Program-made: the position numbers and the translations under genes
Shown: positions 38,216 through 48,800 of the stretch, piece after piece
Layout: each line of letters opens with the position of its first letter
Numbering within the stretch: position 1 is the first letter of the stretch
The notes under the pieces: generated by a model
The model's database searches: none
What the model saw: the letters and a program-made list of their open reading frames with translations, nothing else
What the model was told of the DNA's origin: nothing
Assembly (NCBI GenBank): GCA_966211015.1
Contig: CBIHMP010000001.1
Location: 1-53,959 of the forward strand
Source of the DNA: an uncultured Luteolibacter sp.
Lineage (GTDB): Bacteria; Verrucomicrobiota; Verrucomicrobiia; Verrucomicrobiales; Akkermansiaceae
Direction: 5' to 3'
Length of the DNA stretch: 53,959 bases

Positions 38216-39935
38216 AATCGCGGAATGGAACTATTACTTCGGCCAGAACGGTACTTTCATTGCTCTGGAACATGCGGAAGCGCCCTAGACTGCCGAAGAT
38301 CAGTTGCAGCCGCTGTTTCGCATCCCGGGTACCCACCCCCGGTGAGCTGGATGAATCGAGCCGGCCGGGATTGCTGACGGAGATGACCAATTCCTGGTCC
38401 CGTAACTTTGCGACCACCGTGACGATCCCGGCCTCACTGGACTTTTCGATTCCGTGGACCAAGGCGTTCTCCACCAGATTGAAGACCAACATCGGCGGTA
38501 CCAGAGCGTCTTCTGCATCGGTGGCCACCGAGATCCGGATGGTGAGCCGGTCTCCGAAGCGCGTTTTCGCAACGGCCAGGAGATCCTCCACGATCCCCAT
38601 TTCCTCGGCCAGCGGGATGAGCGGCCGGTCCGTATTGCGGAGGTTCGCCCGGAGCAAGCGCGCCAAGGTGGTCACCCCGGCCGAGGCTTTTACGGGATCC
38701 AGGTGAATCAAGGCGCGAATCGCATTCAGGGCATTGAAAAGGAAATGGGGATTGAGGCGCGTCTGCAGGCTCCGGAGCTGCGCCCGCTGGTGCCCGAGGG
38801 CGACGAGTGCTTCCTCCGCCGCCTTGATGGCGGAAAGGTCCTGAAGCATCCCGATGGCCCCTTGTGGAACTCCATCGCGGTTGCGCGATGTCACCCGCCC
38901 CACCGACATCAGCAGGCCCGCGGTGGACGAGCCCGTTTCCAGCCGTCGCTTCCAATGTTCCGGGATCGCGTCGGGATCGCCTCCGGCCCCGCACGCCAGC
39001 AGGGCAAGCGCTGGCAGCGGCGCGAGACCCCCGATGCATTCCTTCACCCTGCTGCTGTCCTCGTCAAGCGAGTGCGAGTGCAGGCCTCTCCGGGCGTTCC
39101 ACTCCCACATTTCGACCCCGGCGGCCTCCATTGTCAGAGCGTTGCGGCGGACCTGGCGCTTGTATCGCGTGGATCCGATGGAAAGCAGATAGGCGGTCGA
39201 GCAGACGACCAGATTATAGATCCCGAGTTCAAGCAGGGGCCCCCAGCCGCCAGCCCGGCTGAAAGGGCCGGTTCCCATGCTGGTTAAAACCGTGGTTCCG
39301 AGGCACCAGAGGGCGATGAATAATGCTGCCAAAGGCGGGCGGCACGTGACGCCCACCAGGATGATCAAGGGGAAAGGGATGTAGGAGGAGGCCCTGATGC
39401 CGAGCACGCTTCCTAAGAAATCGCTAAAGGTGAAGACCATCAAAGCCAGCGCACTCGTCATCACCACGACCCCCGAAAAGGTCCCCTCCCTGGGAGCGGA
39501 ATTGAAATCGCGGCGCAGGAGATGGGCTGCCAGCAGGCCCACCGCCAGCATCCCGGGGATTTGCGACGTTGCGATTCTGGCAATCGTCACGAAAAGGTCC
39601 TCCACCGTGAAGAGGCCGGGGGAGGTCGCGGCCCCGGTGATGATCGTGCCGGGAAAGCTTGCCAGCCGCTGCTCCGCGGCGTGGAGAAAAGGAAGAAGAG
39701 TCCATGCCCAGGACGCCGGCAGCTTCAGCCTACGGCCGAAGCAACCGAGGGGCACCCACGGCACGATCCAACGGAAAAAGGACGTCGTAACCATCCCGGC
39801 AGCCAGCCAGTGAAGCATAGCCACATGTCCGTAGTTCTCAAATAATCTGGTTCCAGATTCATGGAATAAAGCCGCCATTGCTGTGATAAGCACGGCAAAT
39901 AACAGAGCGTTTCTGTTCGGGGGGAAATGCGGCAT
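38196..39935 (-). CDS. LytS/YehU-type sensor histidine kinase with multi-TM (MASE1-like) input
   Basis: Many TM segments, GTGPF, degenerate PAS-like (MWEWN), LNPHFLFNALN, LVENALVHG, GVGTR. Confidence 0.88.
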   Translation of the reverse strand: MPHFPPNRNALLFAVLITAMAALFHESGTRLFENYGHVAMLHWLAAGMVTTSFFRWIVPWVPLGCFGRRLKLPASWAWTLLPFLHAAEQRLASFPGTIITGAATSPGLFTVEDLFVTIARIATSQIPGMLAVGLLAAHLLRRDFNSAPREGTFSGVVVMTSALALMVFTFSDFLGSVLGIRASSYIPFPLIILVGVTCRPPLAALFIALWCLGTTVLTSMGTGPFSRAGGWGPLLELGIYNLVVCSTAYLLSIGSTRYKRQVRRNALTMEAAGVEMWEWNARRGLHSHSLDEDSSRVKECIGGLAPLPALALLACGAGGDPDAIPEHWKRRLETGSSTAGLLMSVGRVTSRNRDGVPQGAIGMLQDLSAIKAAEEALVALGHQRAQLRSLQTRLNPHFLFNALNAIRALIHLDPVKASAGVTTLARLLRANLRNTDRPLIPLAEEMGIVEDLLAVAKTRFGDRLTIRISVATDAEDALVPPMLVFNLVENALVHGIEKSSEAGIVTVVAKLRDQELVISVSNPGRLDSSSSPGVGTRDAKQRLQLIFGSLGRFRMFQSNESTVLAEVIVPFRDYESAHC

Positions 39936-40169
39936 TCGTCGGGGGAGACGAGATTGATGTCTATCACTTAGAGCCGCCCAAGGTCAAGATTTCATGATGT
40001 CACATGGCGCGGGGTATAGCCGGGGTAGCTTAAGGTGAGGTCTTATCATTAAAACGGAAAATACACGTTTGCGAGGCTTCTGCGGCGGCTTCAGTCTGTT
40101 TTTAGAGTGAAAGCGGAGGATTGAGGAAAGGGTGAGATGTGGCGGTCCCGGTCCTTTTCTTACGTCGTC

Positions 40170-40199
40170 TGCCGCTTGTTCCTTTGGGGCTACCGCTTA
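40170..40199 (+). promoter_or_regulatory. Putative LytTR direct-repeat binding site
   Basis: TGCCGCTTG (40170-40178) and TACCGCTTA (40191-40199), 21-bp period, about 107 nt upstream of the 40306 ATG. Confidence 0.55.
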
Positions 40200-40305
40200 A
40201 AGGCAAAATCGACCAATACTAAGATTCATCTTCATCGGCCCGGCTTAACTGGATAGTCAGGCTCCCGGTCGAAATTCTTGACCCCTCCCCATCCCCCAGA
40301 GATCC

Positions 40306-43300
40306 ATGAAACCAGTTGTATTTACAAGGTCCACTCTATTGGCCGTTGCGGTTACGATAGCTTCGTTTTCCTCCGCCACTGCAGCAGATCTTGCTGTCCC
40401 TGGAAGTTATTCCACGCTGCAAGCCGCAGTAGCCGCCGCCAATCCCGGTGACAGGATTCTTGTTGCCAATGGCACCTATGCCCTCGGCGGAACCCTCCAC
40501 GTTCTCGAATCAATTACGATCGAGGGCGAGTCACGCGCGGGAGTGATCATCGATGCCTCATCCAACGCCGGAAGCTGGGGCGTCCGGGTCTCCGCGGACG
40601 ACGCGACATTGAAGAATTTCACGATCATTCCTCCGACGGTCCCGGCTCTCCGCGGCACCGGCGGCGGCGGTGGCTTCGCAATTCACGCGGCCTACGACAC
40701 CGCGACCGCGACTCCTCATGCCAACCTGACGCTGCAAGACATCACCATCGACGACAGCAACCGTACTGCCTTCGATATTCACGGCTACGATGGCGTGACC
40801 CTTTCCGGCCTGACTGCGACCGACGCGGCCTACGGCAATGGCATCCAGCTCAGCGGTTGCACGGATGTGACGATCAATGGCTGCACCACCTCCGGCAATG
40901 CATGGGGTGGCATCGCGGTCTATGCCTCGAAAAGCGGCAACCTCGGCCGTCCTTCCTCCGGAATCTCCTTCGAGTTCGCCGACAACAGCGTGGCGGAATA
41001 CTTCTACGTCGAGGAGGAGCAGGGATTCGCCAGCACGGCGGCGGTCACCGGAAATACCTATCAAATCGACAACGACTACAGCCCTCCGGCGGCGTCGATG
41101 ACCTTCTACACCGATGGCGATCTCGCAAAAGCCACCGCCCTGGCCCAAGGCCTGAATACGAAATACTCCAATTCGGCCTCTGTGCTCTCGGATGCAAGCG
41201 GAGCCAAACTGGTCGTGCCGGGACTGAACATTCAGGCAGCCATCGATGCCGCGTCGCCGGGCGAGACTCTCGCCCTCAGCGGCGCGATCACCCTGACCAG
41301 CCCGATCAATCTAGACAAGCAGCTTACGCTGGACGGTGGAGACAAGGAGACGACCAGTATTTCCGGTAGCAACGCGCTGGCAGGTCGCTTTATCACCATT
41401 CTGGGAGCCGCGGACAACTCGATCATCCGGAATATCTCGTTCGTCAAAACCGATAAAGCCGGGCCTCAGAACCTGATCGGCCTGCAGTCTCCGAACGTCC
41501 TCGTGGAGGACTGTGATTTCTCCGGGCAGTATGTCCTGGGCGATCCGGATGTGAGCCGCGCTTTTGAAATCAGCACCTCGGGAGCGGGCTTCAAGATCCA
41601 AAATTGCTCTGTCACCGGCTTGCGTCAGCCAGGCTACATCAACGCCGTTTCGAGCGGCCAAATCCTCGACAATTTCGTCGCAGGCTCCCGCGGCTGGGTG
41701 GTCGATGGCGGTGTCGTTGACTTTACCGGGAACACCTGGGGAGAAGGTCCCGAGGCCAACTTCGCGGATATCGCGCTCCTCAATGGCACGCCGGGCCACG
41801 CGCTCTACGATCCGATTTCATCCTTGTCCGCGAGAAATAGCGGCGCACGCATCGACAACCAGCGGGCGGGCGTCCGGGTGATGAATACCACCCAAAGCAC
41901 GTTCCATGCGACCATTCAGGCCGCCGTTGACGCGGCCGTGGCAGGCGATGCCGTCGAGGTCTATCCCGGTACCTACAACGAGGACGTACAAGTCACCAAG
42001 GACGTGACCCTCCAAGGTGCAGGGGCCGGGCGATCAACCATCTCCGGTCCGATCGGCGGGGGCGGGGCCACGGTACAGGTGTCCGCCAGCGGTGCCACCG
42101 TGGATGGCTTCACGATCACCCGTGCGGGCAATAGCCCGGCGGACTGGAACAACGGCGGCCTCAACTTCGCGGGCGTGGCCATCCAAGGTCAGGCGGTGAC
42201 CGGCGTCCAGATCAGCAACAACGAGCTCTTCGGAAACCGCACCGGCATCGATATCAATAACAGCAATGGCCATACGGTCCGCAACAACGTCATCGCGAAC
42301 AACCGCACCGGCCTGATTTTCCGCAACCAGACGGACAATCTGACCGTCGTGGAGAACGCGATCACCGGCAACTGGACGGTGGGCATCGTATTCCTCGATG
42401 CCAGCAACGGCACGAACGTGCCCGTGCAGCAGGCGGTCGGCAGCCAGTTTAATAACAACGACCTGAGCGGAAACTGGTACGGAGCGATCGTGGATCGTCA
42501 AGCTGGCGGCGCGCTGCCCGCGGCCGGAACCTTTAAGAAGAACTTCGGGAGCAACTGGTTCGGTAGCGTCACGCCCGTGGTCTCCACCGCGGGAAGCGGG
42601 GAACCCGGTTACAGCGCCCAGATTCCGGTTGCCTTCGGAGGCACGGCGACCGCGCCGGGCGGCCAGCCAGACATCGCGGGCGCGGCTTCCGCGAGTATCG
42701 ACTTCTCGCCGCTGCTTGCCGGCGGGACGGACACCGACGTCGAAACGGCTGCGGGCCGCGGCACTCACGGCTTCCAAGGCAACACCTCGGAAACCGTGGA
42801 TGTGGTGATCGGCGACACCACCGTCAGCACGCCCCAGATTCATGAGAACCTCTTCATCCCGGGCGGGACCACCGTTACGGTGCCTGCGGGCACCTCCCTG
42901 ACCGTGGAGAACCTCGACATGGGCCCGGGCTCGACCTTGGTCGTGAACGAGGGATCCTTGACCATCGGCGATAGCACGATCTCCGGTTCGTTCACGATCT
43001 TCAACAGCTTCGGCTCCTTCAACATCGACGACGATACCACCTTCACCGTGGGGCAATCGCTCGCATTGGTCACGGACATCCACGTAGCCGCCGGCAAGAC
43101 GATCACCGTCAACGGCGGGGGCGAGCTGATCCTCGACGGCTGCGTGATCGACAGCCAGACGCCCGGCAGCGGCTACAACATCATCGTTGCCAGCGACGGC
43201 CTGCTTACGATCGCCCGTAGCGTGATGGCCGACGCGAGCGTCGATGTGAATACGGTCTCCGCGGCGGTGCCGGCAGACCTCAAGTCGAAGGTTTACGACA

Positions 43301-44838
43301 ACAGCTTCACGAACTCCGACATCGAGGCGAGCGCGGATGCCGCTGTGTATCACAATCTCTTCGACGCCGCCACGGCCGGCACCGCGAACACGGACTCCAC
43401 CGTTGCCTTCGATCCCGTCGATGGCTGGGGAAACGTCACCGACGCGAACGACCTGCTCAATCGCTTCACGCTGGGCTTTGCCGCACCGGGAGATACCACC
43501 CGCACCTTGGACAGCGACGGCAACCTGTTCGTCCAGCCTGCCGACCCGGTGGTGCTGAAGGTGGAGGTAGGCAATCTCAGCCCGCACACCATCGTCGCGG
43601 CGGAGGCATTGCTCGGCTACAATTCAGACCGCCTGGCCTTGACCGGTGGCGGCAGTAGCCCGGCCGCGGGTTGGGATGTCATTGTGGAAGAGGCCTCGGT
43701 TGCTTCGTCCCTCGGCTTGATCGACAGCACGCTCGGCCTCGAACTCACCGGCCCCGGCGACGACGGCGTGAGCGGGCCCGCCACGATTGCCGATCTCAAT
43801 TTCACCGCGGGAACTCCCGGCCTCTCGCTCGGGTTCTTCCGCGTCCAGACCGACCGGAATTTCAGCGGTGGCGAGTTGGTGAAGGACACGCGCCTCACCA
43901 AGTCCACCGGAGGAGTGACCAGCTACCTGCGACCCTTCACCGCGAACACCGGTGAGCTGGTGATCGACGATGAGGCCCCGACCGTCTCCACTTCGGGCGT
44001 CACGGGCACGCAGATCCAGCCCTCGGCAGGGTCGGTGGACATCCTCCAGCCGGGTCTGAACTACGTCATCCGGGACGGCGTCACCCCGGTCATCCTTACC
44101 TTCACCGCGACCGACGCCGGTCTCGCGGGGCTGGACGCCGCGGATGCGGCCGCCGACCTGACGCTCGTCGCCTCAAACGGAACCACCACATTGAACTCCG
44201 GCGACTATACGGTTGCCGCTTCGGAGACAGCGGGCGTGGTTACTTACGAAGTGACCCTGAACGTTCCCGCGGACGCCACGACCGGGCTCTATACCCTGGC
44301 GGCTTCGGTCATCGATCGTTCCGGGGTTTCCTCTTTGAGCACCGGCTTGGGATCGTTCAGTATTGCCAACGAAGCGATCGCCTCGATTGAACTGCAGGCC
44401 TTTGCTGGCGGCACTCGTGCGGTGACCTTCGTGGCCACCGATGGAGCGGGCGTCTTCCTGGGAAGCTGGACCAAGACCGTCACCAACTTCTCGGGCGGCA
44501 TCGGCTCCGTGGTTCTTGAGAACGTCCCGGCCGGCACTTCCGCGATCAGTGCCAAATCGGCATGGACGCTCCGCAACAAGCGCGCGGTGTCCTTCAGCCC
44601 GGAAGGTGTAGGCTCCCTCGATCTGACCGGCACGACCTACAAGCTCAAAGGCGGCGACCTCAACGGTGACAACGTGATCAACACCCTCGACTACGGCGTC
44701 CTCCGTTTCCACTTCAACAGCACCGTCCCGGCCTCCCGGATGGTGGCGGACATCACCGGCGATGTCGCCGGCGAAGTGAACCTCACCGACTTCAACGTCA
44801 TGCAGGCGAACTTCTACACGGTGGGCTCCGCCCAATAG
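40306..44838 (+). CDS. Large secreted protein: 3 parallel beta-helix modules, cohesin-like domain, Ig-like domain, X-module and C-terminal dockerin
   Basis: Signal peptide; three (T/N)(L/I)QAA(V/I)xAAxxG(D/E) caps; Asn-ladder repeats; VQPADPVVLKVEV..LLGYNSDRL..TIADLNFTAGTPG; GDLNGDNVINTLD / DITGDVAGEVNLTD. Confidence 0.8.
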   Translation: MKPVVFTRSTLLAVAVTIASFSSATAADLAVPGSYSTLQAAVAAANPGDRILVANGTYALGGTLHVLESITIEGESRAGVIIDASSNAGSWGVRVSADDATLKNFTIIPPTVPALRGTGGGGGFAIHAAYDTATATPHANLTLQDITIDDSNRTAFDIHGYDGVTLSGLTATDAAYGNGIQLSGCTDVTINGCTTSGNAWGGIAVYASKSGNLGRPSSGISFEFADNSVAEYFYVEEEQGFASTAAVTGNTYQIDNDYSPPAASMTFYTDGDLAKATALAQGLNTKYSNSASVLSDASGAKLVVPGLNIQAAIDAASPGETLALSGAITLTSPINLDKQLTLDGGDKETTSISGSNALAGRFITILGAADNSIIRNISFVKTDKAGPQNLIGLQSPNVLVEDCDFSGQYVLGDPDVSRAFEISTSGAGFKIQNCSVTGLRQPGYINAVSSGQILDNFVAGSRGWVVDGGVVDFTGNTWGEGPEANFADIALLNGTPGHALYDPISSLSARNSGARIDNQRAGVRVMNTTQSTFHATIQAAVDAAVAGDAVEVYPGTYNEDVQVTKDVTLQGAGAGRSTISGPIGGGGATVQVSASGATVDGFTITRAGNSPADWNNGGLNFAGVAIQGQAVTGVQISNNELFGNRTGIDINNSNGHTVRNNVIANNRTGLIFRNQTDNLTVVENAITGNWTVGIVFLDASNGTNVPVQQAVGSQFNNNDLSGNWYGAIVDRQAGGALPAAGTFKKNFGSNWFGSVTPVVSTAGSGEPGYSAQIPVAFGGTATAPGGQPDIAGAASASIDFSPLLAGGTDTDVETAAGRGTHGFQGNTSETVDVVIGDTTVSTPQIHENLFIPGGTTVTVPAGTSLTVENLDMGPGSTLVVNEGSLTIGDSTISGSFTIFNSFGSFNIDDDTTFTVGQSLALVTDIHVAAGKTITVNGGGELILDGCVIDSQTPGSGYNIIVASDGLLTIARSVMADASVDVNTVSAAVPADLKSKVYDNSFTNSDIEASADAAVYHNLFDAATAGTANTDSTVAFDPVDGWGNVTDANDLLNRFTLGFAAPGDTTRTLDSDGNLFVQPADPVVLKVEVGNLSPHTIVAAEALLGYNSDRLALTGGGSSPAAGWDVIVEEASVASSLGLIDSTLGLELTGPGDDGVSGPATIADLNFTAGTPGLSLGFFRVQTDRNFSGGELVKDTRLTKSTGGVTSYLRPFTANTGELVIDDEAPTVSTSGVTGTQIQPSAGSVDILQPGLNYVIRDGVTPVILTFTATDAGLAGLDAADAAADLTLVASNGTTTLNSGDYTVAASETAGVVTYEVTLNVPADATTGLYTLAASVIDRSGVSSLSTGLGSFSIANEAIASIELQAFAGGTRAVTFVATDGAGVFLGSWTKTVTNFSGGIGSVVLENVPAGTSAISAKSAWTLRNKRAVSFSPEGVGSLDLTGTTYKLKGGDLNGDNVINTLDYGVLRFHFNSTVPASRMVADITGDVAGEVNLTDFNVMQANFYTVGSAQ

Positions 44839-44869
44839 AGCCTGTCGGCAAGCTTGTTCACGTTCAATC

Positions 44870-44960
44870 GCCAGCCCTGCTTCTCCGTCTCCTCATGACC
44901 CGCCCGTCCTCCGGCAAACGCTCGGCGGCGGCGTTTCAAGGAGGGGAGGGCAGGGCTGGC
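44870..44960 (+). other. Long intergenic stem-loop between the first dockerin gene and the PEP-CTERM gene
   Basis: GCCAGCCCTGC (44870-44880) / GCAGGGCTGGC (44950-44960) perfect 11-bp arms, extended inward by CTCC/GGAG pairs. Confidence 0.6.
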
Positions 44961-45032
44961 TTCCTGTTCCTTCTTACCGTTCCGATTCCCCCCCCACTGA
45001 AATCCCCGCGCGATGCGGGGAAATACACGCGC

Positions 45033-45731
45033 ATGAAATCGTCTTCCCTTCCCCCCTTCTTCCTCGCCCGCGTTTTGCCGCTGATTTGCTGTCTCGGCCA
45101 GGCTATGGGTGCAGCAGTTGTTCCTTCGTGGTCCGGTGAGGCCGGAACCACACACTTCACCTACCAATTTTCCACCGGCGATTCGACACCCGCGCCGGAT
45201 ACTGCGCAAAGCAGCTTCAGCTCCCCCGTCCTCACGGTGATGCCGGGCTTCGCTTCGTCCGGCTGGCAAGATCCCGGTGCTGAATTCACTTCACCGGGGG
45301 TTGAGAACGACGGTGCATGGGATCTCGGTAATGGAGGCGTGATTTCGATTTCCTTGCCGGTGGCCGCCGCAGCGGCCTCGCTCGGCACCACCTACCGCAT
45401 TGATTTCGTGGTTTACGCGGTGAGCTTCATCGTTCCCAACAGTCTGCCGGCGATGAGCGCGCTTGGTCTCTCGCCGCAGGACGAAGTGATTCAGGATTCC
45501 ACGGTCGAGCAGGCCCCGCCCTTGTCCCGCTGGGACAGCCGGACCTGGACGGGCTACTACGAAGGCGTCGCGTCGGACACCATCACCTTCAATATCACGG
45601 CTCCCACCAACGGCTCCACGATCGATTCTTTTGAAGTTTACACGCGCCTCACGGTGGTGCCGGAACCCTCGTCCGCAGGGCTTGCCATGCTCGCGGGCTT
45701 CTTCGGATGCCTGCGCCGCCGCCGGGGCTGA
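45033..45731 (+). CDS. PEP-CTERM sorting-domain protein
   Basis: Signal peptide; C-terminal VPEPSSAGLAMLAGFFGCLRRRRG; ATG at 45033. Confidence 0.9.
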   Translation: MKSSSLPPFFLARVLPLICCLGQAMGAAVVPSWSGEAGTTHFTYQFSTGDSTPAPDTAQSSFSSPVLTVMPGFASSGWQDPGAEFTSPGVENDGAWDLGNGGVISISLPVAAAAASLGTTYRIDFVVYAVSFIVPNSLPAMSALGLSPQDEVIQDSTVEQAPPLSRWDSRTWTGYYEGVASDTITFNITAPTNGSTIDSFEVYTRLTVVPEPSSAGLAMLAGFFGCLRRRRG

Positions 45732-45800
45732 AGCGCTTCTCTCCCCAGGAATTCACGAATCCTGCCGTCTGCCTCCGATGGTGCCCGATCTCCCGCGTGG

Positions 45801-48800
45801 ATGAATACCCTACCGCTTCTTTTCGCCCTTCTTGCCCTACCTCTCGCCGCCGGGGCCGACACCATCCGCGTGGGCCCAGGGCAATCTTTTCCGACGATCC
45901 AATCCGCAATCGACGCGGCAAGCCCCGGCGATGTGATCGAGGTTTCTGCCGGCCTCTACGAGGAGAACGTCATCATCAATAAAAGCCCGCTAGTCCTGCT
46001 CGGAGCGCGCGCAGGCAGCGATGCACGCGGCCGTGTGGCCGGATCTCCCGATTCCGCATCGGAATCCATCGTCTCTCCCGCGGCCGGGAGCGCGCTGCTA
46101 TTTGCCTCGTCCGCGGGCGCGATCACGGTTGACGGCTTTTGTCTCACATCCCCTGCGGGCCCCTCCACCGGCGTAGCGGGCTCTCAGACCGAAGGAAGCA
46201 CCGGCCTGACCTTCGCATGCAATCTGGTGACGGTCGCCACGGGATCGGGCGGTGCTGCGCTGTACCTTCATCAAAGCGCCGAAAACGCCACAATCTCCCG
46301 GAACAGCCTTGTCGCCGCAGCGGGCAGCACGGAGACGGTCGTCCTCGGTTCCTCCGGTTCCTTCGACGGGCTCCACTTCCTGAACAACGAGGTCCTTCGC
46401 GACGGCCCTCCCGCCGGAATAGGGCTTCTCACGGGCGGGGCGGCGAACGTAGGCACGAGCCTCTCGCGCGGGGCGCGAATCTCAGGCAACGAATTCCGCG
46501 GTCACGGAACCGGCTTCAATGGCGGCAAGAGCTCCCTCGAGGGTGCGGAGATCTCATCCAACCTCTTCGACGGGAACGAGGGCGGGATGGCCGCGGGTAC
46601 TGCCAATTGCGTGATCCAAGCGAACGAATGGAAGAACAATTCCTGCTATGGCCTGTGCCTCACCGGCTTCGGCGACCTGACCGGGGTGGCGAGCGGCGTG
46701 CGCGGCACCGATATCAAGGACAACATCTTCGTCAACAACGGCAGCGTCGTTTCTCCTTCGGGGTATGGCGATCTGATCATCGAAGACCAGACCGACGGAA
46801 ATCTCGGAACGAACCGGATCTTCCGGAACCGGTTTCTTAGCATACGCGCGATCCACAACGAAGAGATGTCGGGCTCGCTGGACGCGGCGTCGAACTACTG
46901 GGGCGCGGCGGATGGCCCCGGAGGCAAGGGTCCGGGAGGCGGCGGCGAAATTGCCGGGCCGGGCTCCGTTCGCTTTGAGCCATGGTATGGCGATGAAGGT
47001 CTCACCTGCTTGAATTTCGGAAGTTCGCCTCTGGAGGAAAGCCTGACGCTGGGCGAGGGTGAGTCGATCGGAGGCGATAGCTTGCAGATCGCGCCCTCCG
47101 TGGTTCTGACCATCGGAAGAGGTGCCAGCGTGACCGTCACCGGTTTCGATATGCAGCCGGGTTCCTCGGTGAAGATCGATGGAGGCGCTCTGAAAGTAGG
47201 CAAGCTCACGATGCAGCCCGGCGCGGTGCTGGACGTGGTAGGCGGCGCGCTCTCCCTCGACCCTCTCGGGACCGGACAGTACCACACCATCTCCGGGTCC
47301 TTCACCTTCTTCGACTGCCTGGGATCGCTCGACATCAACGCGAACACCACCTTCAGCGGCAGCACGCTCGGGATCGCGTCGGATATCCATGTGGCGCCCG
47401 GCGTGACGCTTGTCGTTTTGGGCAGCCTGGAGCTGGACGGCTGCGTCATGGATAGCAGCGGCACTTTCAATTTGTTGGCGGACTCCGGCGCGGAGTTCCG
47501 GATGGTCCGGTGCGAGGTGACGGGGGCCTCCATGAGCTTGGTTGGTAGCGATCTCTTGCTGCGCGACAATATCTTCACCGATTCATCGGCTATTGTCTTC
47601 AGCACCGTGAATGGCGGGAGCATCTACCATAACGTCTTCACCGGAGGTGCAGGCGCGCTCAATATCCTGCCCGGCGCGGTGGTGACCACCGAAGCCGATG
47701 GCTGGGGGAACGTGGGGGATCCCGCTTCGGTCCGGAACCGCTTGTCGCTTCATCTCCGGCCCCCCCTCGATGCGACCCGGACACTCGATGGCGAGGGGGT
47801 CCTCTATGTCCAGCCGGGGGACAGCATCAGGGCCGGCGTGGATATCGGCGGGCTGGAGCACAAGGCGTTCGCCGTCGAAGCCTTGCTGGGGTATAGCGGC
47901 GTGCACCTGCAGTTCGATGCCCTGTTGCCTTCCACGGACTGGAGCACCGGGCTCCATGCGGAGGCGGATGAAAGCGCGGTGATCGGCCGCTTCAACACGG
48001 CGTTGGGCCTCGGGTTCAGCTATCCGGATCCCGACGGCACGCTGATGGAGGGCGAGGTGGCGGATATCCGGATGATTGCGAAGCCCTCGGAAGGACGCAC
48101 CCGCGTCTTCTTCCGCACGAAAGGGGACGCCGAAACCACTCCCGTGGATACCCGTCTCACCGTCGGGAATGCCGGCACCGGCTCTTTCCTGAATGCCCCC
48201 TTCACGCGGAACTCGCCCTTGCTCGTGATTGACGGGACTGCCCCGGAGTTCGCGAACGGAGCGACGGTCACTCAAGTTCGGGATCTGGTCACTACCGATG
48301 TTTTGGACGGAGGAAACTTGACCCGCATCGGCACGGTCACTGTCACCCTCGACGTTCGTGACGATCTGGCAGGAATCGACGCGGCTGACATGGCGGTCAA
48401 TCTGGTGGGCCCGGTGACGCTCGCCGGCGGACTTGCGGACATCCTGCCGGTGGACATTGGCGGCGTCATTTACCTCCGCCACACCTTTGAACTGGCGGTT
48501 ACCCCGGCGACCCCGGACGGGACCTACAACCTCGATGCTATCGCAATGGACCGCTCGGGGAATGCGGCCACGCTCGCGATCGGCGCGATCGAAATCGCGA
48601 AGTACCGCCTCAACGTGACTGTTGCGGCCCAAGGTCTCATCGCGGCGCCCCTTGATCGCGACGTCACCTTCGTTGCCACCAGCGCCTCGGGAACGGTGCT
48701 GAATACCTGGACTCTCCCCGTTTCCTTCGGTGCGGGCCAAGGGGTGACCAGCTTGGAAGCGATTCCGGATGATACCGCGTTCCTTAGTGCGAAGACCCCG

